A stretch of 64,000 bases of DNA from the NCBI GenBank assembly GCA_965208835.1, contig OZ242358.1, forward strand, positions 896,001-960,000. The letters run 5' to 3'. Made by a program: the position numbers and the translations under genes. The stretch comes from Candidatus Latescibacterota bacterium (lineage in GTDB: Bacteria > Latescibacterota > UBA2968 > GCA-2709665). A model generated the notes under the pieces. It searched no databases, had not been told where the DNA came from, and saw only the letters and a list, made by a program, of their open reading frames with translations. Below are positions 9,297 through 18,197 of this stretch, in pieces. Positions within the stretch are counted from its first letter, which is position 1. Each line of letters begins with the position of its first letter.

Positions 9297-10091
9297 ATGA
9301 ACGAAATACACGAAGTCAACCGCCGGCGATGGGACGAAATGGCAGAGGATTGGGAGGAACGTCTGAATCGCGACGGCCTCTGGCGCCGGTGTCAACGGGA
9401 ACCCGGGTTGGCATTCGAAGGCGGGGCGCTCGAGACGATCCGGGAGATGATCGGGACGTTTGGCGGTAAGCGGGTCTGTGTGATCGGCAGCGGAGACAAC
9501 CTGGCGGCCTATGCGCTTGCGAGCCTGGGCGCCAGGGTAACGTCAACGGACATCTCCGGGGAGCGGCTGAGACTGGCCGCGGTCCGGGCGGATGCGCTGG
9601 GCCTGTCGATAGAATTCGTTCGTTCTGATGCCGCTCGCCTCGATTCGCTGTCCGATTCGAGCTTTGATCTCGTCTGTTCGACGAACGGCTTTTTCGTGTG
9701 GATCGCCGATCTCTACGGCGTATTCTCGGAGGTCGCACGTATCCTGAAATCGGGAGGCGCATACGTCTTCTACGACGTTCATCCCTTCACCCGCCCGTGG
9801 AAGGAACAGGTCGCACCAGTAGAATTGACGAAAACCTATTGGGATTCCGGCCCCTTTCACGGGTCCGAAGAGGATTCGTACGAGCACCACTGGACCCTCG
9901 CCGACCTGCTCAATCCACTGGCGCAGGCCGGATTGGTGTTGATAAGAGTCATCGAGAGTCGGGCTCGGGACTCCGCATACTGGCAGGGAGGCAATGGGGC
10001 GGCCGGTACGGACGATGCACTGCTGGACTGGCGCGTGAATCCGCGTGCCGGTCTTCCTGCGTGGTTGACCGTCGCCGCATCGGCGCCTTGA
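9297..10091 (+). CDS. Class I SAM-dependent methyltransferase
   Basis: VCVIGSGD, VTSTDIS, SFDLV, RILKSGG, HPF. Confidence 0.88.
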   Translation: MNEIHEVNRRRWDEMAEDWEERLNRDGLWRRCQREPGLAFEGGALETIREMIGTFGGKRVCVIGSGDNLAAYALASLGARVTSTDISGERLRLAAVRADALGLSIEFVRSDAARLDSLSDSSFDLVCSTNGFFVWIADLYGVFSEVARILKSGGAYVFYDVHPFTRPWKEQVAPVELTKTYWDSGPFHGSEEDSYEHHWTLADLLNPLAQAGLVLIRVIESRARDSAYWQGGNGAAGTDDALLDWRVNPRAGLPAWLTVAASAP

Positions 10092-10175
10092 GGAAAGCAT
10101 ATCCGGAACGCGAGCCGATCAAGCTTCCGAAATTCCGTGGCTGATTGTCATCCATAAGAGAAAGGATTTCATCAC

Positions 10176-10841
10176 ATGAAGTCCCATCTGGTGTTTCTTC
10201 ACACAACTCCCGTGTTGATCGATACCTTCGATCGGCTTGTAGCGGAAGCCGATACGGAATTGCCAGTCAGACACATTGTGGAAGAGGGATTCCTGACCGA
10301 AGCCCGCGAGAAGGGGATCAGCCAGGACCTGGATGGACGTATTCAGGGCCGTATCGACGCCGCAATCGAAGAAGGGGCGCGCGTGGTACTCTGCACATGT
10401 TCTACAATTGGCGCGAGTGCGGAAAGCGCGAATGACTCAACGGACGGCGTCGTCGTTCGGGTCGATCGCCCGATGGCGGAGAAAGCTGTGGAAATCGGTT
10501 CACGAATCATTGTTGCCGCGGCACTCGAGAGTACGCTCGCGCCAACTCGAAATCTGATTCTTGAAGTCGCAAGTACGCGCAAGAAACGCATTGATCTCAT
10601 CGAGGTTCTATGTGACAACGCGTGGAGCAGGCTCGAGGAGGGCGACAACGAGGGATATTTCAGTGAAATCGCCAGCAAGCTGAAGGAGCGTGCGTCCGAA
10701 GGAGACGTCATCGTACTTGCGCAGGCCTCGATGGCGGGAGCCGCAATACTGTGCCCGGAAATCTCGATTCCGATCCTCAGCAGCCCGGATATTGGATTTC
10801 AACATGCGTTGGAACTTTGGAAACAAGAACGAAGGGATTGA
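10176..10841 (+). CDS. Asp/Glu/hydantoin racemase family protein
   Basis: LCTCSTIG, RVDRPMA, IVLAQASMA, PILSSP. Confidence 0.85.
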   Translation: MKSHLVFLHTTPVLIDTFDRLVAEADTELPVRHIVEEGFLTEAREKGISQDLDGRIQGRIDAAIEEGARVVLCTCSTIGASAESANDSTDGVVVRVDRPMAEKAVEIGSRIIVAAALESTLAPTRNLILEVASTRKKRIDLIEVLCDNAWSRLEEGDNEGYFSEIASKLKERASEGDVIVLAQASMAGAAILCPEISIPILSSPDIGFQHALELWKQERRD

Positions 10842-10875
10842 AGTCGCCAACCAGCCAAGCGACTCGCTGAAAGGC

Positions 10876-10900
10876 GGGCGCCCACAAGGGGCGCCCCTGC
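10876..10900 (-). repeat. REP-like palindrome
   Basis: Minus strand GCAG-GGGCGCCC-CTTGT-GGGCGCCC: tetranucleotide foot plus hairpin, intergenic. Confidence 0.6.
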
Positions 10901-10954
10901 GCCGAAAAATACCTCGTGTGAGACGAGTGGGCGACAAATCTGGTGACTTGCTGA

Positions 10955-11800
10955 ATGGACGCTTATGAATCAACCGTACGGGATGTTCTGGTCGATCCGG
11001 TCGAATCTATCGTTCGGATCGATGAAGGCTGGACGAATGTCGTATTGGAGGCAAACGGGAAGTGGGTATTTCGATTCGTGAGGGACCGTTCGAATACGCA
11101 GCTTGCCGTTGAGCAGGCATTTCTACCCCAATTCAAGGAACATTCCCCACTTCCGATCCCCGAAATACGGTACTCGGGCGCCGATTTCATCGCCTACGAA
11201 AAGATTGAGGGCGTCAAGTTCTCCGAATCTGTCTTCCGGAGTCTGGGCAGGCGTGAGAGGACCTCACACGCAGCGGCCCTTGGCGACTTTCTGTCGTGTC
11301 TCCACGCCTTTTTGTTTGAACACCGGGATCTCAAGCCCGCGCCGTTCGGTGGCTGCGATTTCTGGGAGGAGTTGTGGCCGGCCGCCGCGCCGCATCTGCG
11401 GTCCGATCTCCGGAAGCAAGCCGAAGGCTACTTTCGTCTAGCGCTGTCGAGAATTGCGTCCGCGGCGTACCCAACGGTCGTTACCCATTCGGATTTTGGA
11501 ACCAGCAACGTCCTGATCGACGTGGCGGGATCGAAGCTGACCGGTGTCATCGATTTCGGCGACATCAGCCTGAGAGATCCCGCGGCTGATTTCGCGGCAT
11601 TCTACCGAAGGTTCGGGAAGCGGTTCGCCGAGGATATGGTCCAGGCCTATCGGCTACCGCTTGGCGAGGATTTCTGGACGAGGGTGGATTTCCATTCGAA
11701 GCGAAAGCTCTTCTTCGTCCTCTTCTTTGCTCTGAATCACGGCTTCGAGGAGCACGTTGCCGGTCTCGTCAGCGCGATAGAAACCCAGTTTGGAAAGTGA
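10955..11800 (+). CDS. APH/choline-kinase-family phosphotransferase
   Basis: EGWTN, WVFRF, THSDFGTSNVL Brenner motif, VIDFGD, DPAADF. Confidence 0.9.
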   Translation: MDAYESTVRDVLVDPVESIVRIDEGWTNVVLEANGKWVFRFVRDRSNTQLAVEQAFLPQFKEHSPLPIPEIRYSGADFIAYEKIEGVKFSESVFRSLGRRERTSHAAALGDFLSCLHAFLFEHRDLKPAPFGGCDFWEELWPAAAPHLRSDLRKQAEGYFRLALSRIASAAYPTVVTHSDFGTSNVLIDVAGSKLTGVIDFGDISLRDPAADFAAFYRRFGKRFAEDMVQAYRLPLGEDFWTRVDFHSKRKLFFVLFFALNHGFEEHVAGLVSAIETQFGK

Positions 11801-11852
11801 TGGGTTCAATTTTTCTATGGACTTCCGATAATTCCATTCAACAGGTGAAGAG

Positions 11853-12491
11853 ATGAGGGCTGGCGCGTTTGATCTCGACGAGATCCGGTGCATCGTCTTC
11901 GATTTTGGTCGTACGCTGTCATCGGACCCCTATTTCAAGGTATCCCCGCCGGGATGTTCCGGGTGGCATCGAATCATCCAAGAGCATGTATTCGCCAAAC
12001 GGCATATCTGCCGGATGTGGATGACGAATGTTCTGAGGCTGGGAGATATAGCGGCCATTGTCTCCGATCATGCGGATTTGGATACTTCTGCCGTTTTGAA
12101 GACGATGGAGTTGGGATGCAGAGACCTTGACTTCAACGAGGCCGTCCTGAATTTCGCGCTGACGCAGAGAAGCCAGGGAAGAAGAACGGCGATTGTAACT
12201 GCCAATATGGATGTCTTCTCGGACGTCGTCGTTCCTTATCATGGATTGGGCGAGAAATTCGACGTTATTGTCAATTCTTCCGACTACGGCGAGCTTGACA
12301 AGCGCGTACTCTGGCCCATTGCATTTAAGGCGCTTGGAGACGATATACACTATGGAAATAGTCTCCTGATAGAAGATGGCAGCAGGGAACCGGAGTTATT
12401 CAGAGAACGTGGCGGTTTTGCCTATCAATACACCGATGACAAGAGCTTTGCCACGTGGTTGGACGAGGATGTGCTCAGAATCGAAAGGTGA
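11853..12491 (+). CDS. HAD-like hydrolase
   Basis: IVFDFGRTL motif I, AIVTAN, FDVIVNSSD.G..DK, LLIED. Confidence 0.8.
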   Translation: MRAGAFDLDEIRCIVFDFGRTLSSDPYFKVSPPGCSGWHRIIQEHVFAKRHICRMWMTNVLRLGDIAAIVSDHADLDTSAVLKTMELGCRDLDFNEAVLNFALTQRSQGRRTAIVTANMDVFSDVVVPYHGLGEKFDVIVNSSDYGELDKRVLWPIAFKALGDDIHYGNSLLIEDGSREPELFRERGGFAYQYTDDKSFATWLDEDVLRIER

Positions 12492-12500
12492 GATTTCGAT

Positions 12501-13049
12501 ATGCTGTCGGAAGTTATCGAAACAGAACGGTTGAGACTCAGACCATACGGCCTCGACGACGTTGAAGACGTCCTGTTGTACGCGTCCGATCCGGAGTGGG
12601 CGCGTTATCTAGGCCCGGTTCCCCAACCCTATACGAGAGCCGACGCGGAGGGATTTCTGGCAAGCCAACTGTCGCAGGACCGTACGAAACGCGCGTCCTG
12701 GGCGATTGAATACGCCGGATCCGCCGTCGGCGGCGTCAATATCGGATTCGACGCCGAGAATCGCGTCGGCACAATCGGCTATAGCATTGCCAGGCGCCTT
12801 TGGGGGAAGGGGTTGGCCACGGAAGCGGCCGGCGCCGTTATCGACGCATCGTTTGCCGCGTGTCCCGAGCTGAATCGCATTCAGGCGACGACCGACGAGC
12901 GGAACCTCGGCTCCCTCCGGATCATGGAGAAGCTTGGCATGGTCCGCGAGGGCTTCCTGCGCCAGCACCAATACGTGCGAGGGGAATTCCGGAACACGGT
13001 GTGGTGTGGACTGTTGCGATGCGAATGGGTGGCACTCAAGCATAAGTGA
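12501..13049 (+). CDS. GNAT acetyltransferase, RimJ/RimL family
   Basis: IETERLRLRP, IGY....WGKGLATEA, N.GSLRIMEKLGM.REG. Confidence 0.92.
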   Translation: MLSEVIETERLRLRPYGLDDVEDVLLYASDPEWARYLGPVPQPYTRADAEGFLASQLSQDRTKRASWAIEYAGSAVGGVNIGFDAENRVGTIGYSIARRLWGKGLATEAAGAVIDASFAACPELNRIQATTDERNLGSLRIMEKLGMVREGFLRQHQYVRGEFRNTVWCGLLRCEWVALKHK

Positions 13050-13549
13050 GGGAGATTGTGGGAATCAGCCTTAGAAGAGCGTCTATTGCAGATGCGGAGA
13101 CAATTCACAAGCTTCAAGTCGAGTCTTTTTTGCCGCTCCTCCGCAAATACCAAGATTACGAAACGAACCCGGCTAGCGACAGTGTTGAGCGTATAATCGC
13201 CAGATTGAAACAGCCCCAAACGAGTTTCTTTATCGTCGTGCTCGATGTCGTGCCGATCGGTGCGATCAGAGTAATATTCGATGACCGGGTCAAGAGTGCG
13301 AGAATCAGCCCGATGTTTATTGTCCCAAGACATCAGGGAAAGGGCTATGGCCAAGAAGCTATTGAACTTATCGAAGGTGCCGTTCAGGCCGAGCACTGGG
13401 AACTCGAAACCATCCTGCAGGAAAATGGCAACTGTTATTTTTACGAGAAAAACGGCTATCGGAGAACTGGAATTCCTCGCGAGGTTAATTCCAAAATGAC
13501 CATTGTTTCTTACGAAAAATCAACAGGAGGAAGTAGGACCAATGAGTGA
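13046..13549 (+). CDS. GNAT acetyltransferase
   Basis: HQGKGYG motif A, N.YFYEKNGY; GTGA overlap. Confidence 0.9.
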   Translation: MREIVGISLRRASIADAETIHKLQVESFLPLLRKYQDYETNPASDSVERIIARLKQPQTSFFIVVLDVVPIGAIRVIFDDRVKSARISPMFIVPRHQGKGYGQEAIELIEGAVQAEHWELETILQENGNCYFYEKNGYRRTGIPREVNSKMTIVSYEKSTGGSRTNE

Positions 13550-13640
13550 CCGTAACGTGTATGTAGAGAAACGCAAAGCAAGAGACCCTGAATTCGCGAA
13601 ATGGGAACAGATGCGGACTACGAACAGCACGCCCGATTGA
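13542..13640 (+). pseudogene. Frameshifted N-terminal stub of an XRE-family HTH antitoxin
   Basis: AGGAGG RBS, MSDRNVYVEKRKARDPEFA, continuing in another frame as ..DADYEQ; resembles the leader helix of RelE/HigB-associated XRE antitoxins; no HTH follows. Confidence 0.55.
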
Positions 13641-13663
13641 GTTACGCGGAGGGAGTACGCTTA

Positions 13664-14392
13664 ATGAGCGAACAGGTGGGAAAAACCCTTGATGGAAAGG
13701 GCGCGGTGATCACCGGCGCCGGTCGCGGCATCGGCCGGGCGATCGCGCTTGGCTACGCGCGGGCGGGCGCGTCGGTCTGCTGCGCGGCGAGGACCGAAAG
13801 CGAGATCCAGGAAACCGTGGGGGAGGTCCGGGCGGAAGGCGGGACCGCGGTCGCGTTCCAGGCCGACGTCAGGCAACAGGAGACGGTCCAGGCGCTTTTT
13901 GAATTTGCGGAAGCGGAACTCTCCGGAATTGACATTGCCGTCCTAAATGCGGGCGTGAACCTTGACCGGGGACCCGTCGAGGGCGGCGACCCCGCGGCCT
14001 GGGAGGAGACGATTCGCACGAATCTGCTTGGCGCATACTATTGCGCCAGGTCGGCGATTCCGGCCATGAAGCGGCGGGGCGGCGGAAAGATCATCACCAT
14101 CGGCTCCGGAATGGGCCACAGGGGAATCGCGGAGAGTTCGGCCTACAGCTGCTCGAAAGCCGGTCTCTGGATGTTGACGCGCGTACTCGCGCAGGAACTC
14201 CGTGAGCACAACATCAGCGTAAACGAACTCATCCCTGGACCGGTACGAACGGATATCGTCTCGAAACTCCACTTCGAAGGCGAGTGGTTCAAATCGCCTG
14301 AAGACGTCGTGCCGATGGCGCTCTTTCTGGCGACGCAGCCCGAAATCGGCCCCACCGCGCAGAGTTACAGTCTCATGCGGCGGGATACGTGA
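13664..14392 (+). CDS. SDR family oxidoreductase
   Basis: TGAGRGIG, LNAG, YSCSK catalytic motif, VNELIPG. Confidence 0.93.
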   Translation: MSEQVGKTLDGKGAVITGAGRGIGRAIALGYARAGASVCCAARTESEIQETVGEVRAEGGTAVAFQADVRQQETVQALFEFAEAELSGIDIAVLNAGVNLDRGPVEGGDPAAWEETIRTNLLGAYYCARSAIPAMKRRGGGKIITIGSGMGHRGIAESSAYSCSKAGLWMLTRVLAQELREHNISVNELIPGPVRTDIVSKLHFEGEWFKSPEDVVPMALFLATQPEIGPTAQSYSLMRRDT

Positions 14393-14448
14393 GTGGATGG
14401 AATCATCGAGGCTGAATCGGACGGAAGGATTCACAGAGATTGCAACGA

Positions 14449-15486
14449 ATGGAAACACGACTGGCCAGCATGGAGGATATTCGGGCTCTATCCGACGATA
14501 AACCTGACGTCTCCCGCGCTCAGATCGACGCACTTCTGCAGAAACATGGTTTTAGTGCGTCCGGGTCCATTCAGCGCCTGGACGGCAATTTTACAAATCT
14601 GACGCTCGACGTGGAGACCCGGTCCCAGGGACGGATTTTCCTGAAGATCCAGTTCCGGCAGTCCCGTGGCTTCAGTCTGAAGACCGAGTACATCGCCACG
14701 CGGGCGCTGCAGGTCGTCGATGGCGTTCCCGTGTCCCGATCCCTGTTGTTCGACGGCGACGGGGAACCGCTTCCTTTCGAATGTCTCCTGATTCCCTGCG
14801 AACCGGGTGAGCCGGGCATCGGCTTTTACCGGGGTGCGTCCCGATCGATGCGACTGCGGCTGGGCGCCCTCCTTGGCGAGACCCTGGCGCGCGTGCACAG
14901 TCTGAATAGTCCGGAAGTGCTCCGGACGGAGAGTACGAGAGACCTGGCATCGTGGAATCCCACCGTCCGGGACGCCTTGTTTGGCGACGCGGCGTTGGTT
15001 TCTTCGATTGAGGCGACGCTGCCTGAGCTTTGGGACGGGTTGCTGGCCGTCCTGGACCCCGCGCCTGAGGTGAGGTTAACCGGCCGTAACGTCTTTTTGT
15101 GGGGCGAACCGGGACTGCACAACGTGCTCGTGGAGAACGGTGGTTCGTTGCGGATCGCCAATGTCCACGACTTCCAGTCGGCGGGCTGGGGAACCCCACT
15201 GCGGGACCTGCAACAGGTTGAAGGCGAAACCCTGGCAAGGCCGGACTCGGATTGCTATGAACCCGGATACGTTGAGGCATTTCGATCTTCCTACCTGGCC
15301 GCAATAGGGAAACCGCTCGAGCCGCTATCACCCGATGAGGAAAAGCTGCTGGAGATTGTAAAGAATATCCGCGTGATACGGTTTTTCTGGGACTGCGGCC
15401 GCCTCCTTCACCCCAGGACGCCTGACTTCCTCGGCGCCGCAGTATCTGGCCTGGAGAGTCTCCACGACTCAATTGCCGTGCGGTAA
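14449..15486 (+). CDS. APH-like phosphotransferase with atypical catalytic loop
   Basis: IFLK, LARVH, WGEPGLHNVLV in place of HGDxxxxN, HDFQSA.WG.P..DL. Confidence 0.75.
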   Translation: METRLASMEDIRALSDDKPDVSRAQIDALLQKHGFSASGSIQRLDGNFTNLTLDVETRSQGRIFLKIQFRQSRGFSLKTEYIATRALQVVDGVPVSRSLLFDGDGEPLPFECLLIPCEPGEPGIGFYRGASRSMRLRLGALLGETLARVHSLNSPEVLRTESTRDLASWNPTVRDALFGDAALVSSIEATLPELWDGLLAVLDPAPEVRLTGRNVFLWGEPGLHNVLVENGGSLRIANVHDFQSAGWGTPLRDLQQVEGETLARPDSDCYEPGYVEAFRSSYLAAIGKPLEPLSPDEEKLLEIVKNIRVIRFFWDCGRLLHPRTPDFLGAAVSGLESLHDSIAVR

Positions 15487-15614
15487 GGCCGTCGCGGCCG
15501 TAGTGACTTCCGAACGGGCGATTCTGATCGTGGCCTGCCGCTGAATCGGCTTTGTCTGAGAACGCTGTTGACAAGGCTCAAAATAACGGTGCGTTAATTG
15601 GAAAGAAACGAAGT

Positions 15615-16439
15615 ATGTCCGCATTAAGGATCGGCCTTGCGTCCGTCCCGGTCGAAGCAAATGAGTCTTCGCGAAATTTAGAAACGGTCGAGCACGTGCT
15701 CGAAGAAAACGCGAATGACGATATAGACCTATTCGTGTTCGGAGAAGCGGTCCTGACCGGATTGGAAGCACAGAACGCCAGGGCCGGTGGTATTGCGGAT
15801 GCGTCCGAAGTATCACGGCGGGTCAACCGGCTGACGAAGGACTTTTCAACCGCGGTATGCGCAGGCTTTGTAGAATTGGAAGCCGGCAGATTTTATCTGA
15901 CACACTGCCTGTCGTCCGAGGGCGCACTTTACGGCGTTCAACGCAAGGTCTTTGCCGGAAACCCCGCCCGTACGCATATATTCTCGTCCGGGAAGGAGAT
16001 TCGCCCGATTCCGTTTCGTGGCCACCAGGTGGTCATCCTCGCCTGTGCGGACTGGATGCTGCCTGAAACGGTGTTGTCGGCGGGGCAGCATGAGCCTGAC
16101 CTAATGTTGGCCCCGACGGATCAGTATTCCTGGACGCCACACAATCGGTCCGTGCTGCACAAGGCAGGACAATCCGCGTCTTTCTGGTTACAGGCTCCGC
16201 TGGTTGCCGCCTTTAATTCCGCAGCGGGATCGTCAGATGAAGAGACCGAGGTCTTCGCCTGTCTCGCGTATGACTCCAGCGGCGATGAAATGGTCAAGGC
16301 GTCGAAGAACGTCGGAGAAAGTTCAGTTCACACGATCGACGTGGAACTCCGGAAAGCCCATCGGAAATGGGGTGAGTTTGAAGAGCGAAAAAGATATATT
16401 GAGTCATCCCGGGTTCCACGAAAGGGAACAGGAGATTAG
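15615..16439 (+). CDS. Carbon-nitrogen hydrolase (nitrilase superfamily)
   Basis: Glu-Lys-Cys triad contexts: VFGE, QRKV, LACAD. Confidence 0.85.
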   Translation: MSALRIGLASVPVEANESSRNLETVEHVLEENANDDIDLFVFGEAVLTGLEAQNARAGGIADASEVSRRVNRLTKDFSTAVCAGFVELEAGRFYLTHCLSSEGALYGVQRKVFAGNPARTHIFSSGKEIRPIPFRGHQVVILACADWMLPETVLSAGQHEPDLMLAPTDQYSWTPHNRSVLHKAGQSASFWLQAPLVAAFNSAAGSSDEETEVFACLAYDSSGDEMVKASKNVGESSVHTIDVELRKAHRKWGEFEERKRYIESSRVPRKGTGD

Positions 16440-16541
16440 ACAAGGTGCGGATTATCCATCGGCATCTTCGGCGAGTGCAATGTGCAAAATGCGGACAACC
16501 CTCAGAGTCAATCTCTTGCTCCAGGTCCTGGAGATACCGAC

Positions 16542-16868
16542 GTGACGAGCAGGACGCTTGATGCGGTCAAACTGTTGGTACTCGACGGTGAGATTAGAGT
16601 GTCTGCTCATGAATACGATGAAATCGCGGAGGACGGGATTAAAGTACGTGAAATTATCGAAGGATTGGAAAACGCGATTGTCGTTGAAGATTATCCGCAA
16701 TACGGCAAGGGTCCCTGCGTTCTTGTATTGCAGCGTGACAGCGAAGGCCAACCAATACATGTTGTGTGGGGAATTCCAAAGGGAGGCACTTCGCCTGCCG
16801 TCGTGGTGACGGCATATCGTCCCGGCGCACAGGATTGGGACGAAAGATTCATTGAGAGGAGACCATGA
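16542..16868 (+). CDS. DUF4258 (BrnT/RelE-like) putative toxin
   Basis: S.H.YDE, VVEDYP.Y.KGP..LVL, PIHVVWG, VVTAYRP...W. Confidence 0.85.
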   Translation: MTSRTLDAVKLLVLDGEIRVSAHEYDEIAEDGIKVREIIEGLENAIVVEDYPQYGKGPCVLVLQRDSEGQPIHVVWGIPKGGTSPAVVVTAYRPGAQDWDERFIERRP

Positions 16869-17080
16869 CTGATATGACGACCAAAAAATCGGTTCGCGTC
16901 AGAGAATATGCTGCCGAGGTCGAGGTGGAGTTGATCGATGGTGACGCGGGGTGGCCTCCGTATCTTTCGGTGAAGGACGCGGATAAGCTGGATGGTGTTC
17001 GCGAGGCTCTGGAGAGTGGCGATCTGGAGCGCGCATCACAACTCGCGCGGGTGTTCCGCCTGACGCCAATTGAGGCGTGA
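16865..17080 (+). CDS. Putative cognate antitoxin of the DUF4258 protein
   Basis: 71 aa, ATGA-coupled; YAAEVEVEL....W.PYLS..DA.KLD.VR.AL..GD. Confidence 0.75.
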   Translation: MTDMTTKKSVRVREYAAEVEVELIDGDAGWPPYLSVKDADKLDGVREALESGDLERASQLARVFRLTPIEA

Positions 17081-17198
17081 AGCCAAACCATCATCGACGA
17101 GACTGACGTCCCGCAGATCCGCGCTGTCCGAACGATTCGGCGTTTCTCCGGCGGTCTTCATATAGGTATGACCTGCGTCGACGGGAAGGAGAATCCGC

Positions 17199-17939
17199 AT
17201 GGGACGATTCGACGCGTATGACCCCATTGCCGGCCTCTACAACAGGCATTGGGGTTATTTTGCAGACAGGATATATCCGGTTCTGGATCGCCTGGTGCTG
17301 CGTGACCTTCCGTCCGGCTGTGCCGTTCTGGATCTCTGCTGTGGTACCGGCCAACTAGCGGCCGTGCTGTCCGAAAAGGGATACGCCGTTACGGGCGTGG
17401 ATGGCTCCGAAGGGATGATCGAGATCGCCAGGAGAAACGCGCCGTGCGTGGAATTCCTCGTCCAGGACGCCCGTGAGCTCTCCCTGTACCGCCATTTTGC
17501 GGCGGTGTTTTCGACCTTTGACAGCCTGAACCACGTGATGAGCCTGGATGAACTGGAGCAGGTGTTTCGAAACGTCCATGCCGTCCTCGAAGCCGGCAGT
17601 TGTTTTGAATTCGACCTCAATATGGAAGAGGGCTACCTGCAGCGCTGGCGCGGCAGCTTCGGAATCGTCGAGGATGATCTCGTGTGCGTGGCGCGATCGT
17701 CGAAGGATGAGGAAGAGAGGATCGGCAGGATGGACCTGACTGTGTTCGAGTCTAAGGGGTCTAGCTGGAAGCGGAAAGATGTTGCGCTGCTGCAACGCTG
17801 GTATTCGGAAAGCGACATCAGGAAACGACTCCGAAGCGCGGGTTTCGAGCGGATCCGGACGTTCGCTTCCAAGGACGGCGTCCTGGAGAGTGCGCCGGAC
17901 ACCACCGGCAGGATGTTCGTCGTGGCGAGGAAGTCGTAG
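17199..17939 (+). CDS. Class I SAM-dependent methyltransferase
   Basis: VLDLCCGTG, GVDGS..M, FDSLNH; AGGAG RBS. Confidence 0.92.
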   Translation: MGRFDAYDPIAGLYNRHWGYFADRIYPVLDRLVLRDLPSGCAVLDLCCGTGQLAAVLSEKGYAVTGVDGSEGMIEIARRNAPCVEFLVQDARELSLYRHFAAVFSTFDSLNHVMSLDELEQVFRNVHAVLEAGSCFEFDLNMEEGYLQRWRGSFGIVEDDLVCVARSSKDEEERIGRMDLTVFESKGSSWKRKDVALLQRWYSESDIRKRLRSAGFERIRTFASKDGVLESAPDTTGRMFVVARKS

Positions 17940-17955
17940 GATCGACGCATAGAAG

Positions 17956-17994
17956 AGTCGCGGGAGTGTCGCAAATTGCGACACTCCCGCGACT
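17956..17994. repeat. Perfect 19-bp inverted repeat (terminator and/or operator)
   Basis: AGTCGCGGGAGTGTCGCAA-A-TTGCGACACTCCCGCGACT between convergent genes, followed by GTTTT on plus. Confidence 0.85.
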
Positions 17995-18197
17995 GTTTTA
18001 ACGCAAATGTCAACAACGTCGTTGTGTCCGGTGCAGCTTGGCAATGGCGCTGCAGAATGCGCTGGTCAACCGGTGAAGGGGCGGGTCGTACTGAACGCCG
18101 GGCTGAGAGGGGAGAAGCCCGCGTTCAGTGTGAAGTCGAGGCCGGATGTCCTCGGTCGACAGTTTCGCGGACTCTCAGCCCGGATGCCGTATGCGTT

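Noticed and set aside
1488-11800. AAC(3) and APH genes as clinical resistance determinants
   Set aside because: Both families are widespread with unknown substrates; motifs alone do not show antibiotic activity
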